Shown here: in pieces, positions 54,726-64,000 of the stretch
Layout: every line of letters begins with the position of its first letter
Numbering within the stretch: the first letter of the stretch is position 1
From: Eledone cirrhosa
Lineage: Eukaryota
Length of the DNA stretch: 64,000 bases
Direction: 5' to 3'
NCBI GenBank assembly: GCA_964016885.1
Contig: OZ024757.1
Coordinates: 5,952,001 to 6,016,000, forward strand
Notes under the pieces: model-generated
The model's database searches: none
Told to the model about the DNA's origin: nothing
What the model saw: only the letters and a program-made list of their open reading frames with translations
Made by a program: the position numbers and the translations under genes

Positions 54726-55325
54726 TGTATATATATATATATACACTGTCTACATTATATATTATACAATATATATGTTGTCCAAGGGAAACTCAATGGT
54801 TGATACAGCTTGACACCAGTGACATCACAACATATGTACACTATATATATATATATATACACACTGTGTACATTATATATTATACACTATATATGTTGTC
54901 CAAGGGAAAGGCAATGGCTGTCACAGCTTGGCACCAGTGACATCACAACATATATATACACTATATACACTATATTATATATACACTGTGTACAATATAT
55001 ATATACAATATATATGATGTTGTCCAAGGGAAAAGCAATGGCTGACACAGCTTGGCACCAGTGACATCACAACATATATATATACACTATATATATATAT
55101 ATATACACTGTGTACAGTATATATTATACACTATATATATTTTCCAAGGGAAAGGTAATGGCTGACACAGCTTGGCACCAGTGACATCACAACATATATA
55201 CACTATATATATATATATATATATATACACACTGTGTACATTATATATTATACACTATATATGTTGTCCAAGGGAAAGGCAATGGCTGACACAGCTTGGC
55301 ACCAGTGACATCACAACATATATAT
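54726..55325. repeat. SINE-fragment/AT tandem array
   Basis: Paralogue of 22461-23010. Confidence 0.85.
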
Positions 55326-56014
55326 ATAACTTATATCCCAGACATCCATAGATTATTTCTATTCTACAGCTATCTCTCTTCCCCAGTTTCAAAATGTTCT
55401 ATTTACATTATTATTATCATTCACTTGTTTCCACAACGTATATACTTCGACCTTGTTTTTGATATAAACCATGTTGGACATTGTGTCTTTCTCTACAAAC
55501 TCATCCCGAACCCCCGCCATTACCTCCCCTTTCTCTCACTCATTCATTTCGGTGTTTACGAAGCTAGGTGACCATGTTCGAAATTCTTGCATACTTGCCT
55601 TGTCTAATATGCCTACTTATATCTGCTTATTTCCCCTGAATCTGCTGTGATGATATATGTCATGATGGCTACCTATCTCACAATTTCCCACTCACCACCA
55701 TAGGCTATTTGACCAATCAAACCTCAGCAACATGTCCTTACCCATTACCAGCCCAAACAAACTCTGCCATTACTACTACTGGCCTTCTAGTCCTTACCAG
55801 CCCCAACAAACTCTGCCATTACTACTACTGTCCTTCTAGCCCTGCACCAAAGAATTCTTGTTTACTGTTATATATGGAGGAGCGAAAGATAAATGGAACA
55901 ACCCCGAATAAATAAATCAATATAAATCCGCGAGTTACCAAGCACCCATGCAAAGCTTTAAGTCAGAGACAGGAAGCTTACACACTCCCTCGCAAAGATT
56001 CACCCTCTCCCACA

Positions 56015-57318
56015 AATGATGGCAAATGTCCAAAACTCTGAGTTGGCAGCATCAACATAAGCACAATGAAAGGAAGGGAAGGAGAAATTATAGACATGCT
56101 AGAGTGAAAAGATATTGATGTATGCTGTGGGCCAGGTCATGATGGACCAGGTCATGAAAGTAATGGAAAGAGTCATAGCACAGTTGATCAGGGACCGGGT
56201 AAAACTAGATGAGATGCAGTTTGGGCTTGTGCCAGGAAAAAGCACCACTGATGCTCTCTTCCTTGTGAGGCAGTTACAGGTAAAGTACCTAGCTAAAAGT
56301 AAGCCGCTCTACCTGGCTCTTGTCGATATGGAAAAAGTCTTCAACAGAGTGCCCCGTGCTATAATCTGGTGGGCTCTTAGAAAACTAGGAGTAGATTATT
56401 GGCTTGTGAAAGCTGTGCAAGCCATGTATAGGGACATGTTAGTAAAGTTAAGCTTAACAATTACTATAGCGAGGAATCTAGCATACAGGTCGGTGTCCAC
56501 CAGGGCTCTGTTCTTAGCCTTCTCCTGTTTATAATAGTATTGCAGGCTATAACAGAGGAGTTTAAGACCTGATGCCCATAGGAACTCCTATATGTGGATG
56601 ATCTTACACTTATAGCTGAATCTATGGCAGAACTAAAGAAACAAGCACCACCAAACTCTGGGAGAGCTCTGTAGAAACAATAGACAGCTTTTGCTACCTA
56701 GGTGACCGATTAAGCAGCGGAGATGGGTGTTCTGAAAGTACAGTAACCAGGGTAACAACGGGATTGAAGAAGTTTAGGAGCTACTGCCACTGCTAGCTAC
56801 AAAAGGCTTTTCCCTCAAAATGAAAGGCAGACAGTATGATGCGTGCATACGAACAGCAATGTTACATGGTAGTGAGACCTAGGCGCTGTCTGTAGAAGAC
56901 TTGCGTAGAGTAGAAAGAAACAAAACTTGCATGCTCCGATGGATGTGTAATAGTAATATACGCGAACGGCAAAGCATAAATGAATTGAGAGAGAGACTGA
57001 GCATAAGAGGAATTAAATGCTGTGTGCAGCAGAGGAGGTTGTGTTGTAGCCCCTGGGTACAAGCCGAAGCACATAGACAATATGCCCCCACCCACTCCCA
57101 CTGTAAAGTGGCCGTGGAGGTGTCACAACAAAAAAGCACCCATCACTCACTGTGAGGTTGGTGTTAGGAAGGGCATCCAGCTGTAGAAATCAAGCCAAAA
57201 TCGGTTCCCATCTGAGCAAGACAAGGTCACCCTACCTGGCACTGACCACAACAGGACAACCTGTCTAACCCATACTACCGTGGAAGAAGGGACGTAAAAT
57301 GGTGATGATGATGATGAT
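56015..57318 (+). mobile_element. Non-autonomous deleted RTE derivative (copy C)
   Basis: Colinear with copies A and B, with extra deletions near 56130 and 57048. Confidence 0.85.
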
Positions 57319-59699
57319 ATAGATATATATATACACTGTGTACAGTATATATACACTATATATATTATACAGTATATATACACTATATATATTATACAGT
57401 ATATATACACTATATATGATGTCCAAGAGAAAGGCAATGGTCAGTACAGCCTGGCACGAGAGACGCCACAACATATATATACACTCTGTATATATTATAT
57501 ATACACAGTGTACAGTATATATACACTATATATATGTCCAAGAGAAAGGTTATGGCTGATACAGCTTGGCACTAGTGACATTACAACATATATATATACA
57601 ATATATATTATACAGTATATATACACTGTATATATTATACAGTATATATACACTATATATATTATACAGTATATATACACTATATATATATTATACAGTA
57701 TATATACACTATATATAGTATACAGAATATATACACTATATATATTATACAGTATATATACACTATATATATGTCCAAGAGAAAGGTTATGGCCGATACA
57801 GCTTGGCACCAGTGACATTACAACTCATTTCTACAGCTGAGTAAACTGGAGCAACGTGAAATAAAGTGTCTTGCTCAAGGATACAACACATCACACGGTC
57901 CGAGAAACGAACTCACCACCTTTTACTTGTAAGCCCAATGCTCTAACCACTAAGACATAATACGTTCCAGAACCAACCGTGATATAGAGAGACCATAAAG
58001 ACAACCGTTGTTTTCATAGTTTAAGCCTTAAAATACCTCTCATACATGCTTTAAGTACATATAAACTCATTAAAACACACTTTTGTATTTAAACACCAAA
58101 AACAGCCAGTAACGATCGTATAGAAACTACCACCAACCATCATACCACTAGTTGCCAATGAAGACTATTGCCAGCCACGGTAGCCACTTGGTAATACACT
58201 GTACATCTCCCGTCAATCTATGAAGGGTTTGTAGCAAAACACAATCAGTAAAACAGTAATGGAATGAAAAATATAAACATTTGTTCATAATTAAAGCCTT
58301 AAGATGTCCCTTCCTTACGATATACACTTTAATAACATTGAAATTTATTTCATAAGTTTAAATTTTAAACACTTTTTATTCAGACGTACCGCGATAAGAA
58401 AATAGATATGTTCTAACGAATAATCCGCGATGTGGCGAGGATTACCGCGATAGGAAATTAGATACGTTCCAAAGACATATCCGCGATGTAACGGGACCGC
58501 GAAAAGTGAACCGCGATATAGCGGGGGATTACTGTATATATACACACACAACATACATCTATCTATATACACTCATAACATATATTTCGATATCTTACAT
58601 TAAAATATTAACTGAGGGTGACAACTGTTTCTTGTTTGAGGTTGTTCCAGTGGTTGAAATATAGACGGAGGTATTTTAAATAATAAAGATAGTCATGATA
58701 ACAATATATTTTATATCACATGTAACAGTGGAATCTGATGATTGAAAAATATCACATCAACATTTCAGTTTGGAAGTTTTATTTCTATATATAAAAGTGG
58801 AGGAAGAAACATATTTTTCTAATGTTGTTATATATATTTTCACTTGTATATAATTACTGGGTCGTTGTAGGGTTCACATAATTATATTATTTACACACAT
58901 TAATATAGACATTAAGTAAATCTTTGTCAACTTACCTCCTTCACATATAATCAATGTGTTGTGTTGTTAGTTGTTACTAAACAACCAAAGAAATAATCTC
59001 TTTGTTATCAAATTAGAAGTTTCAATGTTATCAGCTTTATTTCACGACATTAACGTTGGTGTATCTTCTTCATCTTTAGTCATAAATTGATATCTTGTCA
59101 GAATGAAGTAGTGAGGCTGACTTTATGTCTTTAGCTACAGATTTGATAGGAAATATATATATATATTAGGTTGATATGTGGTCTAAAATATATATATTGT
59201 CTATAAATGACTGATAGCAGATGTTCTGGTGAAATAGTAGTTTTACTACTACAGATTGTAATGGAACTCTTAGTAGACACAATTGAAAAGTAAGAATAGA
59301 TATGACAGTGTAAGACTGATGTCGGGGAGAGAAAATTGTGTATATATATATATATAATTGTTACACAAGATATAATTAGATTAATTAAAGTTATAATGAA
59401 GACAGCAGGTACGCGGTGTCGTTGACAATGTTTCAACTCTTTTACCGGTGTAACACGTTAAAAGTTCCTGATATAATTTAATACCTTCAGACACAGTTCC
59501 AATCGTATTTAATTGATCGTAAATCAGAAAGTATCACTCAGTAAAATATCAATAAGAAAACCTCTACGTAGTCTCTCTAACTGCTAGAAATAGCAGCGAA
59601 ATTATCCAATACAACTGTTCTCTCTCTCTCTATATATATATATACACACACATATATGTACGTATGTATGTAAATGTGTATACAACTCTTATGTGTATG

Positions 59700-60180
59700 T
59701 ATAAACAACTATTTTATGGAGAGTTAGTTAAAGGAAAACGACCTCCACATAAACCAAAAAAGAGGTATAAGGATTCCTTGAAAGCCTCTTTGAAAGACGC
59801 TAACAACTCTGCTGATACATGGGAAAATGTTGCTGCTGATCGTAATGTGGGATGTGAGGAAGGGCATTACCGTTGCATTTGCAGCCTCTGTGCGAGATTT
59901 TGCCTCAGCAAAGCTGGACTCGAAAGTCATCTTCGCAGTCACAAAGTAAGACCAGTGGTTGAATACCAGGCTGCTGTTGGAGATGCTACTCATCATGCCT
60001 GCCAAGCACGTGGTAGAGAATGTAAATCAGGAGGAAGGCTCAAACGACATGCAAAGTACATCAACTCCAGCCACAGCTGGCTATTCCCAGTGAATGTTTT
60101 GGTTGCCAACTCTGTGCAAGACATTTTAGATCTTTGGCTGGGCTAAAAAGCCACATTCGATCGCAGCGCTGTTAGTTGCT
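59700..60180 (+). mobile_element. 3' fragment of a second RTE family with C-terminal zinc fingers
   Basis: KQLFYGEL..GKR....PKKRYKDSLK..WENVAADR followed by CxxC...GLESHLRSH; absent at the paralogous site near 13080. Confidence 0.75.
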
Positions 60181-60214
60181 ATTGTGTGTGTGTGTAGATA
60201 TGGTTATGTGTGTG

Positions 60215-60251
<37 letters not shown>

Positions 60252-62345
60252 TATTATTGTTGTTGTCGTCATTATTATTACTATTATTATGTTTTTTTTT
60301 TCTCGTGTAATGGCCATACTGGATAACGAGGGGGCAGGCATCATATATGGGTATGCATGGGTGTGTATGTGTGTTTGCACGTATGTATGGTGTGTATATA
60401 TGTACATAGGGTTTTGGTATATGTACGTGTGGTGAACATGTATTTACCTGTAGGTATGTGTGAGTGCGTTCTATACGCATTTCTGCACGTATATTTATAT
60501 ATGTATACACACACACACACATATCTATGTGTTTATTTCGTGTATACGTTCGTATGTGTGTAGGTATGTGTCGCGCCGGTTTACGTATGTGTGCGCGTGT
60601 ATATGTGTACATGCATGTATATGCATGCATGCCGTGTGTTTTTGCATATACACGTGTATAAATGTGTGTATGTATATATTTAAGATTTATGATTTCAATA
60701 ACCTCTGTCATTTTCGTTCTACTAATTTATTTACATTATTCTGAACTCCGAAGCCGAGAATCATTCGGTTTCCTAAATAATATATTAGTCTACGACTCCA
60801 TTTATACCTTAAACGTGGTTTTGTTTTTGCATGTAATTGTTCTCACCGCTCCACATAACGAGGTATGATCTTCGCTTCTTTCCGTTCATTGCCAGAGAAC
60901 GTCTTCACGAACCAAAATATCGTCTTCATGTTTTACTTCGGTTGCAACATTTTTCGAAATATTTACTTCTACGTTCACAGATTGATTTTTTTCAGTTTCA
61001 GATCCCGTTAAGGGTGAAAGCAGCAATTCTTTATGTATGTGGGGTGGGGATTGGAGAGGTGGGTCAGAGGGGTTACTTCGCTGGTAACGGGGTGGAGTGT
61101 TAAGATGTGGGGAGGAGGAAAATTGGGGCATACTTCAAACCACTAAATGTTGCTTCATCCTGTGGACATGGGAATGCAGGTCTCCTGCAGTACTGTATAA
61201 CGCCAGAGATTTCAATCCTGTGTCATCACCTTTGAGAGGTACAATGGTGTCAGGTCAGTTTTTACCTCCTCATCCCAAGCATTCATAGGTCTTCTTCCAT
61301 CAATTTTAAGCAGTCAACCTTTTATACAGCATCTCTACCTTCATACACATCACATGTCCATACCACAGCAATCTACACTCCTGCATACTGTATCTTATCC
61401 CTCTCATGCCCAAGTTCTCTCTCAGTTTAATTACACTTTGGTCTTCATGTATATTAATATTACACATCCATCGGAGAATTCAAACTTCATTTCTATCCAA
61501 TCTTCTGAGGTCCTCACTGCAAAGCATCATTGCTGTTCAAATGCACACATCAATTTGGTGAAACAACCTTTTGTAGCTAGCAGTAGTAGTAGCACCCTAA
61601 ACCTTTGCCATTTTGTTCTTACTCTGGTTTCTGTACTTTCAGTACACCTACCTACACTGCTAATTTGGTCCCCCAGGTAACAGAAATTGTCAACTGTTTC
61701 TATGGAACCCTTTAAATATTTGATAGAACTTGTATCCCACTAAATCTCTTCTGTACCCATAGTCTCTTTAGAGTAAATAATGTTTCATACACATACCATG
61801 TATGTGTGACCATTGGTTTCTGAGCCCACTTATGGCCACCACTGTTTATTATTGTCAAAAAGGGAGGTAAATCTTTAGCAGTGGAATTATCAGACTCAAT
61901 TATATATGTAATTAGACTCACATCGAAATGGTTGATAACTGACTCTCACAAAGAAGATGACAAAGGAACACGACGAGTTGAAAGATGCCATGTTGAGAAG
62001 GACCTGTCCAACCCAAGCAAGCATGGAAAAACGAACATAAAAACAGTGATGATGTTAATGAAGATGACGTACATATACACCCATACATAATAAATAAATC
62101 AAATACAGATATGCACATACTTATATATAAAAAGATACAAACATACATGGACACAAATTTCTACACACATACATTCACACATATATAGCGTATGTAAATT
62201 CTGAACAATACAGTTTTGTCAGCACAAGTCTTGGTTAAAACTTCTACAAATAAAATGAAAGGAGAATAATTTCTTAGTAAAACAGTTTTATTCAAGATAT
62301 TAACAACATTGGTGGCACTATTTTAGGTGAGTGATATGGTTTTTA

Positions 62346-62998
<653 letters not shown>

Positions 62999-63379
62999 CC
63001 AAAATTAGAAATTGATTTACATGGGTGGAGGTGACGAGAGCAGACCTCTTAAGCTCACGGTGTAGATGACAAAGGACCGTGACAAGTGGAGAGATCCTGT
63101 GCTGAATAGGACCCATCCCACCCTTGCAAGCAGGGAAAAGAGGACGTAAAATGATGATGATATGGTTTCCCTCATCTATACCTATATATAGTTAAATTGC
63201 TCCATTAAAAGATATATTTTCCAAACATATCAAAGTGATATGGCTTCTCACCTGTATATGTTTGTGTGAAGTTAATGTAACATTGAAAGAGAATGATTTA
63301 CCATAGATATTACACTGATATATATTTGTATTCTCATTAATTCACAATTTTGAGAGGATTTATCACTGATGTCAATGCA

Positions 63380-64000
63380 TTAAGATTTCTCCTCTGCATG
63401 TATGAGTTTGTGAGTAGTTAGGCTACTTTTTCCAGAGAGTGATATACCACAGATATCACAGTGATATGGCTTGTCTCCTGTATGGGTACGTTTGTGGCTA
63501 GTTAAGTTACTACTTTGAGAGAATGATTTACCACAGATATCACAGTGATATGGCTTGTTTCCTGTATGTATTCGTTTGTGGCTAGTTAAGTTACCACTGT
63601 CAGAGAATGATTTTCCACAGATATCACAATGATATGGCTTGTCTCCTGTATGTATATGTTTGTGGCTAGTTAAGTTACCACTATCAGAGAATGATTTACC
63701 ACAGATATCACAATGATATGGCTTGTCTCCTGTATGGGTACGTTTGTGTCTATTTAAATGACCACTTACAGAGAATGAATTACCACAGATATCACAGTGA
63801 CATGGCTTGTCTCCTGTATGGGTACGTTTGTGTCTATTTAAACGACCACTTACAGAGAATGATTTACCACATATATCACAGTGATATGGCTTGTCTCCTG
63901 TATGGGTACGTATGTGTCCCGTTAAGTTACTACTTTGAGAGAATGATTTACCACAGATATGACAGTGGTATGGCTTTTCTCCTGTATGTATACGTTTGTG
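63380..64000 (-). CDS. Tandem C2H2 zinc-finger protein, 3' part (copy D, >=7 fingers)
   Basis: 207 open codons from the window edge to [10 protein letters not shown] (TAA at 63380-63382); not in the ORF track because the start lies outside the window. Confidence 0.9.
   Translation of the reverse strand, partial: HKRIHTGEKPYHCHICGKSFSQSSNLTGHIRTHTGDKPYHCDICGKSFSVSGRLNRHKRTHTGDKPCHCDICGNSFSVSGHLNRHKRTHTGDKPYHCDICGKSFSDSGNLTSHKHIHTGDKPYHCDICGKSFSDSGNLTSHKRIHTGNKPYHCDICGKSFSQSSNLTSHKRTHTGDKPYHCDICGISLSGKSSLTTHKLIHAEEKS

Larger units (their letters stand above)
50865..58935 (-). other. Predicted 5'-UTR intron of ZNF copy C
   Basis: Donor GAG|GTAAGT at 58935 and acceptor TTTCAG at 50865. Confidence 0.6.

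Overview
Eukaryotic, AT-rich, repeat-dense DNA. It is most likely octopus (inference from [12 protein letters not shown]-type tandem C2H2 arrays, abundant RTE LINEs with (GAT)n tails and tRNA-derived SINEs). The window is a head-to-tail cluster of four copies of a ~12-15 kb segmental-duplication cassette. Each carries a minus-strand poly-C2H2 zinc-finger gene with a putative non-coding first exon, one long TE-filled intron and a single coding exon. Copy A (~18 fingers) is disabled, B (12 fingers) and C (11 fingers) are intact, and D (>=7 fingers) runs off the window. None shows a KRAB-like domain, only a ~30-aa leader with an IKCE (SUMO-consensus) motif. Between and within cassettes are a near full-length RTE LINE, a young 5'-truncated RTE, deleted RTE derivatives, two deleted mariners, a non-autonomous Helitron, MULE/foldback-like elements, SINEs, several hairpins, and satellites traceable to LINE, SINE and zinc-finger parents. 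No prokaryotic features, CRISPR arrays, rRNA or true tRNA genes were seen. Coordinates of degenerate repeats are approximate.
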